Part shown: piece by piece, positions 10,066 through 20,256 of the stretch | How positions within the stretch are numbered: position 1 is the stretch's first letter | Layout of the letters: the number at the start of each line of letters is the position of its first letter | Assembly: GCA_963818645.1 (NCBI GenBank) | Contig: CAWFTF010000008.1 | Coordinates: 36,197-100,196, forward strand | Direction: 5' to 3' | Length of the DNA: 64,000 bases | Source: an uncultured Acidobacteriota bacterium | Lineage (GTDB): Bacteria > Acidobacteriota > Vicinamibacteria > Vicinamibacterales > UBA2999 | The notes under the pieces: generated by a model | Told to the model about the DNA's origin: nothing | Databases searched by the model: none | Seen by the model: the letters and a program-made list of their open reading frames with translations, nothing else | Translations under genes and position numbers: made by a program

Positions 10066-10094
10066 TTGACAGGACCCCAGTGGCCAGCGAAAAT
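10066..10094 (+). promoter_or_regulatory. Possible sigma70-type promoter for the 10227-12071 cluster
   Basis: TTGACA (10066-10071), 17-nt spacer, then GAAAAT (10089-10094). The -10 element is weak. Confidence 0.25.
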
Positions 10095-10226
10095 GATCGT
10101 CCACAGTCCATGAATGTTGCGATAGTGTGTCTGCGGTCAACGTCATGGAGAGCTCCGCAGTATTGAAATGTCAGAGGATGTGACGCGACGAGTCAGGGTC
10201 GAGGACATCGCGTGGAGGATTGTTCG

Positions 10227-10631
10227 ATGCGAACCAAGTGTGCAGTCGTAGTTGCTGGCATCGCACTGCTTGTCAGCGTGATCGGTGTGAGCGCGCACCA
10301 TTCGTTCTCAGCCGAGTTCGACGCCAGCAAGCCGTTCAAGATGACTGGCACGGTGACCAAGGTTGAGTGGATGAACCCACACACCTTCTTCTACATCGAC
10401 GTGACGGATGAGAAGACCGGCAAGGTCACCAACTGGGCGATGGAGATGGGCAGCCCGAACGGCCTGATGCGCGCCGGCTGGACGCGGAACACCATGAAGG
10501 TCGGCGACAAGGTGGCCGTTGAAGGCAGCCTTGCGAAGGACGGAAGCCCGACGGGCAACGCGCGCTCGGTGACGATGGCGTCAACCGGTCAGCGACTGTT
10601 CGCCGCGTCGAGCCAGGGCAACACGCAGTAA
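10227..10631 (+). CDS. Small secreted protein, DUF6152-like by recollection, with predicted mature N-terminus His-His
   Basis: GGAGGA lies 7 nt upstream of ATG 10227. Signal peptide ...LLVSVIGVSA followed by HHSFSAEFD. The C-terminal half (VGDKVAVEGSLAKDGSPTGNARSV) looks OB-fold-like. Confidence 0.7.
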   Translation: MRTKCAVVVAGIALLVSVIGVSAHHSFSAEFDASKPFKMTGTVTKVEWMNPHTFFYIDVTDEKTGKVTNWAMEMGSPNGLMRAGWTRNTMKVGDKVAVEGSLAKDGSPTGNARSVTMASTGQRLFAASSQGNTQ

Positions 10632-10644
10632 CAAGGAGCGTCGC

Positions 10645-11652
10645 TTGAAGGGAGCTCTTCGTACCGCGCTGACAGGCGCGGCGGCGGCGGTCGTGTTTTC
10701 ATCAAGCGCGTGGATTGTCATCGCGCAAACTCGTCCAGGCGTCGCACCAGCACTTCAAGCACAAGAAAGTGGCGGAGGCCGGGGCCGCGCGGCGGGCCCG
10801 GCACTCCCGACTCCGCGATTGCCCGATGGCACCGTGAACTTTGGTCGCGTTCCCGGTGAGAAGGGCGTCTGGGCCGTTCCCTACATCACCAACATGGCGA
10901 TGAGAGTCGTCGGGCCGGATGGTCAGTTGCTCCCGGCAATCCGCGAGCAGCAGGCAGCGGCGCGCGCCGGCGGTGCGGGCGCTCGCGGCGGCGGAGGCGG
11001 TGGCGGCGGACGCGGCGGATCGAAGTCCGAGCCGTGGATGCCATGGATGCCGTGGTCAGCGGCGGTCTACGACTACAACTCCAAGAACGAATCCAAGTAC
11101 GACCCTGAAGGGTACTGTCTCCCGCCTGGTGGGCCTCGCATGATGGCGACGCCGTACCAGATGGAGATCATCCAGCAGCCAGAGCACAAGCGCATCGTGA
11201 TGATCTTCGAAGGCGCGACGCACATCTGGCGCGAGATCTACATGGACGGTCGCGCGTTCCCCGAGGGCGATGCGCTCAATCCCACGTATCTCGGCTACTC
11301 AGTCGGTAAGTGGGACGGCGACACGCTCGTCGTCGAGAACAAGGGCTTCAACGAGAACACCTGGCTCGACTACTTCGGACATCCGCACACCGATCAGATG
11401 CACGTCATCGAGCGGTGGACGCGTCCGAACAAGGGGACGCTGCATTACGAAGCCACCGTCACTGACCCCGGCGCATATACGCGTCCCTTCACGATGGCGT
11501 GGGACACACCCTGGAGAGAGGACGGCGAGCTGCCTGAGTACATCTGCCAGGAGAACAACCGCTACCTGAATCGCCTCGAAGACGACCTCGGTCAGCCGAT
11601 CTTTGGCCCGCGTCCACAGCCTGGACAGAAGCCGTCGAGCGGCACTCGCTAG
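10645..11652 (+). CDS. Secreted protein of unknown function, paralog family member P1
   Basis: TTG start with AAGGAG upstream, signal peptide and a Gly-rich linker. Family motifs CLPPGGP, IYMDGRAFP, GYSVGKWDGDTLVV, TVTDPGAYTRPF, EYICQENN are shared with 44247..45248. Confidence 0.8.
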   Translation: MKGALRTALTGAAAAVVFSSSAWIVIAQTRPGVAPALQAQESGGGRGRAAGPALPTPRLPDGTVNFGRVPGEKGVWAVPYITNMAMRVVGPDGQLLPAIREQQAAARAGGAGARGGGGGGGGRGGSKSEPWMPWMPWSAAVYDYNSKNESKYDPEGYCLPPGGPRMMATPYQMEIIQQPEHKRIVMIFEGATHIWREIYMDGRAFPEGDALNPTYLGYSVGKWDGDTLVVENKGFNENTWLDYFGHPHTDQMHVIERWTRPNKGTLHYEATVTDPGAYTRPFTMAWDTPWREDGELPEYICQENNRYLNRLEDDLGQPIFGPRPQPGQKPSSGTR

Positions 11653-11660
11653 GAGGAAGA

Positions 11661-12071
11661 GTGAGACGGTCACGGTTGCTTTACGTCTTCGCACTCTCAC
11701 TCCTGCTCGTTGCACCAAGCGGCGTGTCGGCGCAATTCGGACATCCACTCAAAGGGCAGTGGAGCGGTCAATGGGGTCCTGCTGACAGCCCTAAGCGATT
11801 GCTTCTCGATCTGCACTGGGACGGCAAAGAGATCACGGGTGTCGTGAATCCGGGAGATGAGAATGCGACTGTAAAGGCGGTGACGTTCGACTACTCGAAT
11901 CCTTCAGCGTGGAAGGTCAAGCTGACGGCCGAGGGCAAGGACAAGTCGGGCAAGCCGGTCGCGATCTCCGTGGACGGAACCCTCGAAAACATCGGCGCCT
12001 ACAGCAAGCTGTTTCATGGCACCTGGACCGAAGCGGGCCAGAAGGGCGATTTCACGCTCACGCGCAATTAG
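11661..12071 (+). CDS. Small secreted protein of unknown function
   Basis: GTG start with AGGAGGAAG upstream. Signal peptide LLLVAPSGVSA-Q. 136 aa with beta-rich composition. Followed by a strong terminator. Confidence 0.7.
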   Translation: MRRSRLLYVFALSLLLVAPSGVSAQFGHPLKGQWSGQWGPADSPKRLLLDLHWDGKEITGVVNPGDENATVKAVTFDYSNPSAWKVKLTAEGKDKSGKPVAISVDGTLENIGAYSKLFHGTWTEAGQKGDFTLTRN

Positions 12072-12161
12072 TAGGCGGTAAGCAGTAGGCAGTATGCCGG
12101 GGCCGCGCTTCACGCGGCCTTTTTCGTTTTTGCCTACCGCCTACTGCCTACCGCCTACTAC
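12071..12161. repeat. Inverted pair of heptamer arrays (GTAGGCN)n / (GCCTACN)n flanking a terminator hairpin
   Basis: Left arm gtaggcg gtaagca gtaggca gtatgcc (12071-12098). Right arm gcctacc gcctact gcctacc gcctact (12132-12159). The arms are mutually complementary. Confidence 0.9.
12101..12131 (+). terminator. Rho-independent terminator
   Basis: 7-bp GC stem ggccgcg/cgcggcc with loop cttca, followed by tttttcgttttt. Confidence 0.8.
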
Positions 12162-12181
12162 AGAGTTAAAATCCACAATTC

Positions 12182-13195
12182 ATGGTCATCGACTGCCACG
12201 GGCACTACACCACTGCTCCGAAGGAACTTCAGACATTTCGCGATAGCCAGATTGCGGCGCTGAAGGATCGGTCGCTCGCGCCCGCGGGCGGCACGCTCGA
12301 GATCAGCGACGATCAACTGCGCGAGAGCGTTCAGCCTCAGCTCAAGTTTCAACAGGATCGCGGCACTGACGTCACGATCTTCTCGCCACGCGCGTCGGCG
12401 ATGGCACACCACATCGGCGATGCACAGACCAGCCTCGACTGGTCGCGTCACTGCAACGATCTGATCCATCGCGTGTGCGGACTCTTCCCGGAGAACTTCG
12501 TCGGTGTGTGTCAGTTACCGCAGACGCCGAGCGATGTGCTCGCCAACTGCATCAGTGAACTCGAGCGCTGCGTCAACGAGCTTGGGTTCATCGGCTGCAA
12601 TCTGAACCCCGATCCGTCAGGTGGACGATGGACGGCGCCGCCGCTCACCGATCGAAGCTGGTATCCGTTCTACGAGAAGCTCGTCGAGCTCGACGTGCCG
12701 GCGATGGTCCATGTGAGCGCGTCGTGCAACCCGAACTTTCATGCGACGGGCGCGCACTACATCAACGCCGACACCACCGCGTTCATGCAGTTCCTCACCG
12801 CGGATCTCTTCAAGGACTTCCCGACGCTGCGCATGATCATTCCGCACGGCGGCGGAGCAGTGCCGTACCACTGGGGACGGTATCGAGGTCTGGCGCAGGA
12901 CATGAAGCGGCCACCGCTCCCGGATCTGATTCGCAACAACGTGTTCTTCGACACGTGCGTCTATCACCAGGCCGGCATCGATCTGCTGCTCAAGATTGTT
13001 CCCGCGGACAACATCCTCTTCGGCTCTGAAATGGTTGGCGCGGTGCGCGGTATCGACCCGGAGACCGGTCAGTACTTCGACGACACCAAGCGCTACGTCG
13101 ATGCCGCCACGTTGCCCGAGGCGGACAAGCGGAAGATTTTCGAGAGCAATGCGAGGAAAGTCTATCCTCGGATAAGCAAGAAGCTCGTGACGTAG
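12182..13195 (+). CDS. ligJ: 4-oxalomesaconate hydratase (amidohydrolase superfamily)
   Basis: MVIDCHGHYT start. The blocks ELERCVNELGFIGCNLNPDP, WYPFYEKLVELDVPAMVHVS, IIPHGGGAVPYHWGRYRGLA and LFGSEMVGAVRGIDPETGQYFDDTKRY closely match my recollection of Sphingobium LigJ. Confidence 0.85.
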   Translation: MVIDCHGHYTTAPKELQTFRDSQIAALKDRSLAPAGGTLEISDDQLRESVQPQLKFQQDRGTDVTIFSPRASAMAHHIGDAQTSLDWSRHCNDLIHRVCGLFPENFVGVCQLPQTPSDVLANCISELERCVNELGFIGCNLNPDPSGGRWTAPPLTDRSWYPFYEKLVELDVPAMVHVSASCNPNFHATGAHYINADTTAFMQFLTADLFKDFPTLRMIIPHGGGAVPYHWGRYRGLAQDMKRPPLPDLIRNNVFFDTCVYHQAGIDLLLKIVPADNILFGSEMVGAVRGIDPETGQYFDDTKRYVDAATLPEADKRKIFESNARKVYPRISKKLVT

Positions 13196-13208
13196 CCGTG
13201 CGAGGGAA

Positions 13209-13244
13209 CGGACCGTGGACTGAAGACCGTGGACCGTGGACTGG
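13209..13244. repeat. Heptanucleotide tandem array (GGACCGT/GGACTGA)n
   Basis: Direct reading gives cggaccgtggactgaagaccgtggaccgtggactgg. It lies in the 61-nt ligJ-ligK spacer. Confidence 0.85.
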
Positions 13245-13256
13245 AGATAGAGACTC

Positions 13257-13940
13257 GTGAAGCCAACCATCGTCAAGAACATCAAACGCGCTGACGCAGA
13301 AGTCATTCGCACGCTCGGTCAACTCGGCGTGGCAACCGTCCACGAAGCGCAAGGTCGGTCCGGGCTACTGCGTCCTTACATGCGCCCGATCTATCCGACG
13401 GCGAAGATGGCCGGGAGCGCACTGACGATCTCGTGTCAGGCGGGCGATAACCTGATGATCCATGCCGCCATCGAAGTGTGTCGCCCTGGCGATGTGCTCG
13501 TGGTGACGACAACTTCTGAATCGACCGATGGCATGTTCGGCGACTTGCTCGCCGTCTCCGCGCGCGCACATGGCGTTGTCGGTCTCCTCATCGACGCCGG
13601 CGTCCGCGATGTTGCCGATCTGACGACGATGGAGTTCCCGGTGTGGTCGAAAGCGATCTCGGCGCAGGGAACCGTGAAGGCCACCGCGGGGTCGGTCAAT
13701 GTGCCCGTTGTCTGTGCCGGGGCGACGATTCAGCCGGGCGACGTGATCGTCGCCGACGTCGATGGCGTCGTCGTCGTGCCGCGAGATGCCGCAACCGAGG
13801 TAGCCCGTCTGGGTAACGAGCGAGTCGCGAAGGAAGAAAAGTCTCGCGAGCGCCTGCGCAAGGGAGAGCTCGGTCTGGACTTCTACGGCCTTCGCTCGAA
13901 GCTCACAGAACTGGGTGTCCAGTTCGTCGACGAAGGCTGA
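13257..13940 (+). CDS. ligK: 4-carboxy-4-hydroxy-2-oxoadipate aldolase / oxaloacetate decarboxylase (RraA-like fold)
   Basis: 227 aa. [51 protein letters not shown] are typical of the LigK/GalC/RraA family. Adjacent to ligJ. Confidence 0.85.
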   Translation: MKPTIVKNIKRADAEVIRTLGQLGVATVHEAQGRSGLLRPYMRPIYPTAKMAGSALTISCQAGDNLMIHAAIEVCRPGDVLVVTTTSESTDGMFGDLLAVSARAHGVVGLLIDAGVRDVADLTTMEFPVWSKAISAQGTVKATAGSVNVPVVCAGATIQPGDVIVADVDGVVVVPRDAATEVARLGNERVAKEEKSRERLRKGELGLDFYGLRSKLTELGVQFVDEG

Positions 13941-14015
13941 TTTTCGGCGCTTTCCCGAGCAATCCCATCACTGCCCGGGCTTTCTTTCCCAGTATGGGAC
14001 GGTCTGGCATCTCAG

Positions 14016-14044
14016 TTGACTTCCGTCCTTCCGAGGCATAGATT
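14016..14044 (+). promoter_or_regulatory. Possible sigma70-type promoter for TonB-dependent receptor 1
   Basis: TTGACT (14016-14021), 17-nt spacer, then TAGATT (14039-14044). Confidence 0.3.
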
Positions 14045-14130
14045 GCGGCAGCACGACGCCCCCTGAATGGGGGGGAAGTGTGGGTTCCAGGCTCGGGATC
14101 GCGTGGAACAACTCTAGGAGAACGCCAGAC

Positions 14131-17100
14131 ATGTATAGAGCAGTGAAGTGTTTCCTCGGGGTGGCAGCGTTCACGTTGCTGTCGACCTCCGCGTTCGCCC
14201 AAGGCACCCTGACAGGTACTGTTCGCGATGCGTCCGGTGCTGTGTTGCCAGGTGTGACGGTCGAGGCTGCGAGCCCGGCGTTGATTGAAAAGGTCCGCTC
14301 GGTGGTCACCGACGGCACCGGCCAGTACCGCGTCATCGATCTGAATCCGGGCACGTACTCGCTGACGTTCGCGCTTCCTGGTTTCAGCACGGTCAAGCGC
14401 GAAGGCATCGAGATCACCGGCACCGCCGTGCTGACGATCCCGATCGAGATGCGCGTGGGCGCGCTGGAGGAAACGATCACCGTGACCGGTGAGACGCCGG
14501 TCGTCGACGTGCAGAGCACGAAGCGTGAAACCGTGCTCAGCCAGGAGGTCATTTCCGCGATCCCGGCCACGCGCGCGGTCGGCTCGCTGCTCAACGCCAC
14601 TCCCGGGCTGACCGTCGACGGCAACGGCCTCGCGGCGACGCCGACGATGACGTTCTTCAGCGCGCGCGGCGGTCAGACCAACGAAGGCCGTATGGCCGTG
14701 AACGGCATGACGGTCGCGGCGGCGTTCAACGGCGGCGGCGTGTCGTCGTACATCCTCGACTCGGTGAACGTCGACGAGGTGGCGGTCGTCGTGTCCGGCG
14801 GACTCGGCGAATCGGACATCGGCGGTCCGACGATGAACCTCGTGCCGAGCTCCGGCGGCAACGCGTTCCGCGGCCAGGGATTCATCAACAATGCCGGCGA
14901 GTGGTCCAAGGGCAGCAATCTCGACGACAGCCTGCGCGCGGTCGGCATCGTGGATCCGCCCGGCATCATCGGCGCCTACGACGCCAGCGTGTCGTACGGC
15001 GGCCCGATCAAGCGCGACCGGCTGTGGTTCTTCGGCAGCTATCGCAAGCTGGATACCTCCACGACCGTCGAGGGCATCGTTGCCAACGCCAATGCCTACA
15101 ACGCCTCGAGCTGGCGGTGGGCGCCGGACGACAGCCTCGCCGCGAGGCAGTTGCAGGGACGGACGATGTACATCGGCCGCCTGACGGCGCAGGCTACGCA
15201 GAAGAACCGCTTCACCTTCGGCCACGAATATCAGCTTCGCTGCGAGGGCGCCCCGCTCAAGGTGGAAACCGATGGCTGCCACTCCCGTAGCGCCAGACTG
15301 GATTCCCGGAACCAACGCGACCACCTCGCCCGAGGCCGGGACCAACTACTTCGATTTCCCGTACTACCTGACGCAGGGAACCTGGTCGGCGCCGATGACG
15401 AACAAGCTGCTGCTCGAGGCCGGCTTTTCGCGCTTCTCGTACTACCATGCGGGCGGCCCGGGCCAGTTGCCGCCGGACGGGATCTTCGACCTGATCTCGG
15501 TGACGGAGCAGTCGACGGCGATCGATCCGGCTACCGGCATCCGCTATTCACCGCGCGCGAACTATGGGTACCGCGCGGTCCCGACCTACAACGACAACTA
15601 CGGCAACCCGAACAACTGGCGCGCCTCGGCGTCGTACGTGACCGGCGCGCACAACATGAAGGTCGGTTATCAGGGAAGCTGGCTCATTGCCAAGTCGAAG
15701 GTCGTGACACCCGAGTCGCTCGTGCAGTATCGGTTCAACCTCGGAGCACCGAATGCGTACTCGTTCCGCCTGCCGGACTGGCAAACGACCGATAACACGA
15801 AGGTCGCCGCCCTCTACGTGCAGGACACGTGGACCAGGGGACGGCTGACGCTCGCCGGCGCGCTCCGCTACGATCGCGCGTGGAGCTACAGCCCGGAGGA
15901 CGGCAACGGTACAACGAAGACGTCCATCTTCAATTCCGCGGCCGTCACGTACCCGCAGTCACCGGGCGTGAACGCCTACAACGACCTCACCCCGCGTATC
16001 GGTGTCGCGTACGACATCTTCGGCAACGGCAGGACGGCCATCAAGTTCAACTTCGGCCACTACCTCGACGCCGCCACGAACGACAGCATCTACACGCAGA
16101 ACAACCCGGCGAACAAGGCTGTGCGCCAGGTGCTGAACCGTTCCTGGACAGACAACGATCGCGACTACGTGATCGATTGTGACTTGACGAACTTCGGCGA
16201 CGCAGAGGCCGGCGACAGGATCGGTGGACAACTGCGGCGCGCTGTCGGGCGACGACTTGAATTTCGGCCGGGAGGGGACGAGCTTCGCGCAGGTCGACCC
16301 GAAGCTGCTTGGCGGCTGGGGTGCGCGGCAGAGCGACTGGCAGTGGGGCATCAACGTGCAGCACGAGCTGGTGCGGCGGGTCTCGCTCGAGGTCGGCTAC
16401 AACCGGCGGTGGTGGACGGGACCGAGCGCGTCCGATGGTTTCGTCACCGACGATCTCTCCCGTGCTCCGGGCGACTACGAGGCGTTCACGCTCATCGCTC
16501 CGAGCGACCCGCGCCTCCCGGGCGGCGGCGGCTACCCGATGACGTTCTACACCCAGACGGTGGCCGCGGGCCCGCGTGCGGCGCAGAACTTCACCACGCG
16601 CGAGGACAACTACGGCAACCTGACGGAGTACTGGCACGGTGTCGACTGGACGGTCAATGCGCGTCTCCGCGACGGGCTGTTCCTCCAGTTCGGCGCGGGC
16701 ACTGGCCGCAAGATCATCGATCGGTGCGACTCGATCACCAAGGTCGACCAGCCGACGATTCCGACGAACGCCGTCACTGCGCCGGGGTTGCAGCAGGCGA
16801 CAGCCTGCTACAGCGAGGAGCCGTGGCAGACGAACCTGCGGGGTTTGGCGAGCTACACGCTGCCGAAGATCGACGTCCGGGTCAGCGGAACGTTCCGCTC
16901 GCAAACACCCGATTCGCGTCTAGCGACCTGGGTCGTGCCGAACACTCTCATCCAGGCGTCGCTCGGCCGTCTGCCGTTCGGCCAGCTGGCCAACGACACG
17001 ACGAGCGTCGCGCTGCTCGACCTCGACGAGCGCCGCCTGTATGCCGACAATCGGCGCTCCCAGGTCGATCTGCGCGTTGCCAAGTTGTTTCGCTTTGGCG

Positions 17101-17279
17101 CCAGACGCCTCGATGCCGGCTTCGACGTGGGCAATCTGTTCAACACCAACTACGCCACGGTGTACGACAACACATACCAGTACACCGTCAACAACACTGC
17201 GCAGGGCGGGACGTGGAACAACCCGACGAGCGTCGTCGGCGCACGGTTCCTCCGCTGGAATCTCACGGTCGACTTCTAG
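14131..17279 (+). pseudogene. TonB-dependent receptor with a carboxypeptidase-regulatory-like N-terminal domain, interrupted by two +1 frame shifts (about 15265 and about 16215)
   Basis: Signal peptide then GTLTGTVRDASGAVLPGVTVEA...TGQYRVIDLNPGTYSLTFALPGFSTV, parallel to the 25088 receptor. Coding continues through ORFs 14080.., 15272.. and 16224.. in frames 1, 2 and 3. It ends ...RWNLTVDF, a terminal aromatic typical of OM barrels. Confidence 0.85.
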
Positions 17280-17291
17280 CTCGACACCAGG

Positions 17292-17317
17292 GAGCCGGCT
17301 CGATGAAGAGCCGGCTC
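17292..17317 (+). terminator. Hairpin terminator after TonB-dependent receptor 1
   Basis: gagccggctc-gatgaa-gagccggctc forms a 10-bp stem because the palindromic unit is repeated. A T-containing tract tcggtcttc follows. Confidence 0.55.
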
Positions 17318-17319
17318 TC

Positions 17320-17462
17320 GGTCTTCAGTCCTCGGTCCTCAGTCCACGGTCGTCGCCGTCGCACAGTCGCACGAGCCGAACCTGAACCTGGAACCCCGAA
17401 TCCCGAACCCCGAATCCCGAACCCCGAATCCCGAATCCCGAATCCCGGGCCCCGCATCCCGG
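17320..17462. repeat. Composite heptamer arrays: (CAGTCCT)n, then (GAACCTG)n, then (GAATCCC/GAACCCC)n
   Basis: Direct reading gives cagtcct cggtcct cagtcca cggtcgt, then gaacctg aacctgg, then aaccccg aatcccg aaccccg aatcccg... ending 50 nt before the next start codon. Confidence 0.9.
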
Positions 17463-17511
17463 ACTATAATTCCCACCAATTTCGATTCGGCTCGTGCCGA
17501 AAGGAGTATCC

Positions 17512-18006
17512 ATGTCCTCTCGTGTGCTCATACCTGCTCTTGCCGCGTTTGCATTGCTTGGTGCTGCCTGTGGCGGTTCGCCCGAGTCCAAGGCTGAAGC
17601 GCCCGCTGGTGCGCCGGCAGCTGCGCCCGCCGAAGATCACAGCGCACACGCCGGCGGAGGAAGAGTGTTCTTCACGGAGCCGACCAATGGAGCAACCGTG
17701 AAAAGCCCCGTTCACCTCGTGTTCGGCAGCGAGATGTTCACGATTGCAGCTGTCCCGCCTGGCGAAGTCACGAGCGTGCGGGCGAACACCGGGCACTTCC
17801 ACCTGGGCGTGGACACTGATTGCCTGCCGGCCGGCTCGGTGATTCCGAAGGCGAATCCGTGGGTGCACTTCGGCGACGGCAAGAACACGATCGACATGCA
17901 GCTCACGCCCGGCATGCACAAGCTCGTTGTTCAGGCCGGTGACGACAAGCACGCGACGATGACCGGACTGTGCGAGACGATCACGGTCAACGTCCAGGGT
18001 GAATAG
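17512..18006 (+). CDS. Lipoprotein, DUF4399-like by recollection
   Basis: AAAGGAG lies upstream of ATG 17512. Lipobox LLGAAC. The conserved-looking block NTGHFHLGVDTD matches my memory of DUF4399. Confidence 0.7.
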   Translation: MSSRVLIPALAAFALLGAACGGSPESKAEAPAGAPAAAPAEDHSAHAGGGRVFFTEPTNGATVKSPVHLVFGSEMFTIAAVPPGEVTSVRANTGHFHLGVDTDCLPAGSVIPKANPWVHFGDGKNTIDMQLTPGMHKLVVQAGDDKHATMTGLCETITVNVQGE

Positions 18007-18011
18007 ACCAT

Positions 18012-18158
18012 CGTTGACTTGAGGATTGGTGATTATTGATTCGTTGTTGATTGCTGATTGACGATTTCTGATTTGACGCTGATTCCAGCAACCAATCAAC
18101 AATCAACAATCTGCCAATCAACAACGATTCGACAATCACAGATCGCCAAATCAACAAT
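18012..18158. repeat. Long imperfect inverted repeat built from (TGATTGN)n / (CAATCAA)n heptamers
   Basis: The left arm (18012-18085) is rich in gattggt/gattgtt. The right arm (18091-18158) reads caatcaa caatcaa caatctg ccaatca. The arms are complementary. The repeat lies between convergent genes. Confidence 0.9.
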
Positions 18159-18161
18159 GAT

Positions 18162-18944
18162 TTAGAGACTTCCGAGAAAACCCATCAGGGCTGATGTGAA
18201 CGCGTCGGCCTGCTCGACGTTGCTCAGATGCGCGGCGTCGAGCGTGAGTAGCTTCGATCCGCTGATGCGCCCGTGAATGAACGCGAGCGCCTCTGGCGGC
18301 GTCGGCACATCCGTATGGCCCGCGATCACGAGAACGGGGCAGCTGATCGTGGCGATCGCCTCCCGCAGATCCTCGTCGCGCAACGCCGCACAGCATCCCA
18401 GGTATCCGGTCGCCGGGCACGTCTCGACCATCGTCTTGAAGCGCGCCACGATGTCCGGGTGCCGTTGATGGAAGTCCGGCGAGAACCACATCTGCATTGC
18501 GACTTCCGCGACTCCTCTCATCCCCTGTTGCTGTACGAGTGCGATCCGATCGGTCCACGACTGCACAGAGCCGATCCGCGCGGCTGTGTTCGCGAGCACG
18601 AGGCTGGAGACGCGATCGGCGGCGTGAACGCCCAGCCACATCGCCGTCAGCCCGCCGAGTGAGATGCCGCAGATGTGCGCCTGCTTCACGTCCTCGGCGT
18701 CGAGGATGGCGAGCGCATCGCGTGCGAGTTGTTCGATGGAGTAGTTGCCGGCGGGCACCGACGACGACCCGTGCCCGCGCGCGTCGTAGCGGATGACGCG
18801 ATATGTGCCGACGAGCGCGGGGATCTGTGCCGACCACAGGTCCCGTGTCGTGCCGATTGAGTTGATGAAGAGAAGAGTGGGCCGCCCGAGCGGCCCGTCG
18901 ACCGAGTAGCTGATGCGGGCGCTCGCGCTTTCGATCTCGCTCAC
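18162..18944 (-). CDS. Alpha/beta hydrolase, 3-oxoadipate enol-lactonase (PcaD)-like
   Basis: LLFINSIGTTRDLWSAQ, RYDARGHGSS, nucleophile elbow GISLGG. The start is taken at GTG 18944 (VSEIESASARISY) with GGGAG upstream. ORF-track start 18971 lies inside the repeat. Confidence 0.8.
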   Translation of the reverse strand: MSEIESASARISYSVDGPLGRPTLLFINSIGTTRDLWSAQIPALVGTYRVIRYDARGHGSSSVPAGNYSIEQLARDALAILDAEDVKQAHICGISLGGLTAMWLGVHAADRVSSLVLANTAARIGSVQSWTDRIALVQQQGMRGVAEVAMQMWFSPDFHQRHPDIVARFKTMVETCPATGYLGCCAALRDEDLREAIATISCPVLVIAGHTDVPTPPEALAFIHGRISGSKLLTLDAAHLSNVEQADAFTSALMGFLGSL

Positions 18945-18946
18945 AG

Positions 18947-19027
18947 TCAACTCCCAACGCCCAAACTCCAACTCCCAAGATCCAAACCTGCCGTTTGGAA
19001 GTTGGGAGTTGGGAATTGGGATTTGAT
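18947..19027. repeat. Hairpin of inverted heptamer arrays (CCAACTC)n / (GAGTTGG)n
   Basis: caactcccaacgcccaaactccaactcccaagatccaaac, loop ctgccg, then tttggaagttgggagttgggaattgggatttg. Confidence 0.9.
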
Positions 19028-20214
19028 CAGTGCTTGCTTGTTGCGGAGGCCATCGCTGCCTGGCCGCGCGCGTGGCTGGTGGAGAAGATCACGTGCAGCG
19101 ACATCAGCGCCTGCAACGGGTGCGCTCCTGCCTCCGCCAGCGGGCCGACGTGGTCGCTGACCTTGCCGCCCTTGCCGACGTTGATCAGTTCCTTTGCGGC
19201 CTCGCGCTGTTTGCCCTTCAGGCCGTACTCGTCAGCGACTGTCTCGAAGTCGTTGATGATGCGGTGACGCAGATCCGCGCTGTGACGCGACTCGAACATC
19301 AACTTGTTCAGCCCGTAGGCTTCCGACGGCGGATGCTTGTAGAACCGGAAGCCCTGGTTCTCGAACTTGAAGCCGCCGAACTGATCCGCCACCTGCATGC
19401 GCTCCTTCGTGCGCGCGCGCTGCGGCAGGAAGCGCATCATGCAGAGCCCGTGGTGCCAGGTCGGGATGTAGTCGATCAGCTCGCCTTCCAGCGTGCCAAT
19501 CGCACCAAACATCACGGCCCAGTTGAGCATCTCTGTGTTGCCGACTTCGTCGAGCTGCGTGCCGGTCATGTCGAGCAGCGCGTCGGTATTGCCCATCTCG
19601 AACTGCGAGACGAGCCAGCGATCGAAGTCGAACTCCGGCGTGAGGTACTTGGTCGTGCCCGGGAAGTGCGACATGCCGCCGCTGGCGATGATCGCCACGC
19701 GTTCCTTCCGTCCCTTCACGATCTCGGCGATCGCCTTGCCGAGGGCGGCGCACCGCCTGGGAGTTGGCAGCGGCGGAACGTACGTGTTCGTGAAGAAGGG
19801 GACTACCGGAATCGGCCGTTTGCCGATCACGTACTCGAACGGGATCGAGAACGCGTGACCGAGCTCGGCGTCCTCCGAGTAGGCCATGTCGAAGTTGTAG
19901 TTCGTGACCAGCTTGTTGAGGATGTCCTCGGCTAGTTCGCGATGGATCGGCAGGTTGTGCTCGCGTCCGGCGAACTTCGCGACCGCGCGGTCTCCCGCTA
20001 CGATGGCGAACGACGGCACGCAGCTCACCGAGAACGTCTCAACGTGGTCGGCGCCGAAGAACAGGATGGCATCCGGCTTGGTCTCGTCGAGAACCTTGCC
20101 GAGCTCGTTCATCGCCGCGCCGGCCTGTGCGAGTTGATTCGGATCTTCATCCGGTGGCCGCGTGAACATGTACGGCGTATGGCACGTGCCTACTGCTGCA
20201 ACGATCTCGCCCAT
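19027..20214 (-). CDS. Class III extradiol ring-cleavage dioxygenase, fused LigB-LigA architecture (gallate/protocatechuate 4,5-dioxygenase-like, GalA/DesB type)
   Basis: N-terminal LigB-like core (GTCHTPYM, FGADHVE, SGGMSHFPG) plus a C-terminal extension of about 100 aa resembling the LigA small subunit. 395 aa. Confidence 0.8.
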   Translation of the reverse strand: MGEIVAAVGTCHTPYMFTRPPDEDPNQLAQAGAAMNELGKVLDETKPDAILFFGADHVETFSVSCVPSFAIVAGDRAVAKFAGREHNLPIHRELAEDILNKLVTNYNFDMAYSEDAELGHAFSIPFEYVIGKRPIPVVPFFTNTYVPPLPTPRRCAALGKAIAEIVKGRKERVAIIASGGMSHFPGTTKYLTPEFDFDRWLVSQFEMGNTDALLDMTGTQLDEVGNTEMLNWAVMFGAIGTLEGELIDYIPTWHHGLCMMRFLPQRARTKERMQVADQFGGFKFENQGFRFYKHPPSEAYGLNKLMFESRHSADLRHRIINDFETVADEYGLKGKQREAAKELINVGKGGKVSDHVGPLAEAGAHPLQALMSLHVIFSTSHARGQAAMASATSKH

Positions 20215-20229
20215 CTGAAAGCTCCTCTT

Positions 20230-20252
20230 AAGTCCTCAGTCCTCAGTCCTTG
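20230..20252. repeat. Short heptamer array (AGTCCTC)3
   Basis: aagtcct cagtcct cagtcct tg in the 42-nt ligC to dioxygenase spacer. Confidence 0.8.
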
Positions 20253-20256
20253 AATT

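Noticed and set aside
13903-15345. 480-aa minus-strand ORF, and similar ones at 13968..14624 and 16047..16904.
   Set aside because: It lies antisense to the TonB-receptor coding sequence and has the Arg/Ala/Gly-rich composition typical of shadow ORFs in high-GC DNA. It has no motifs.
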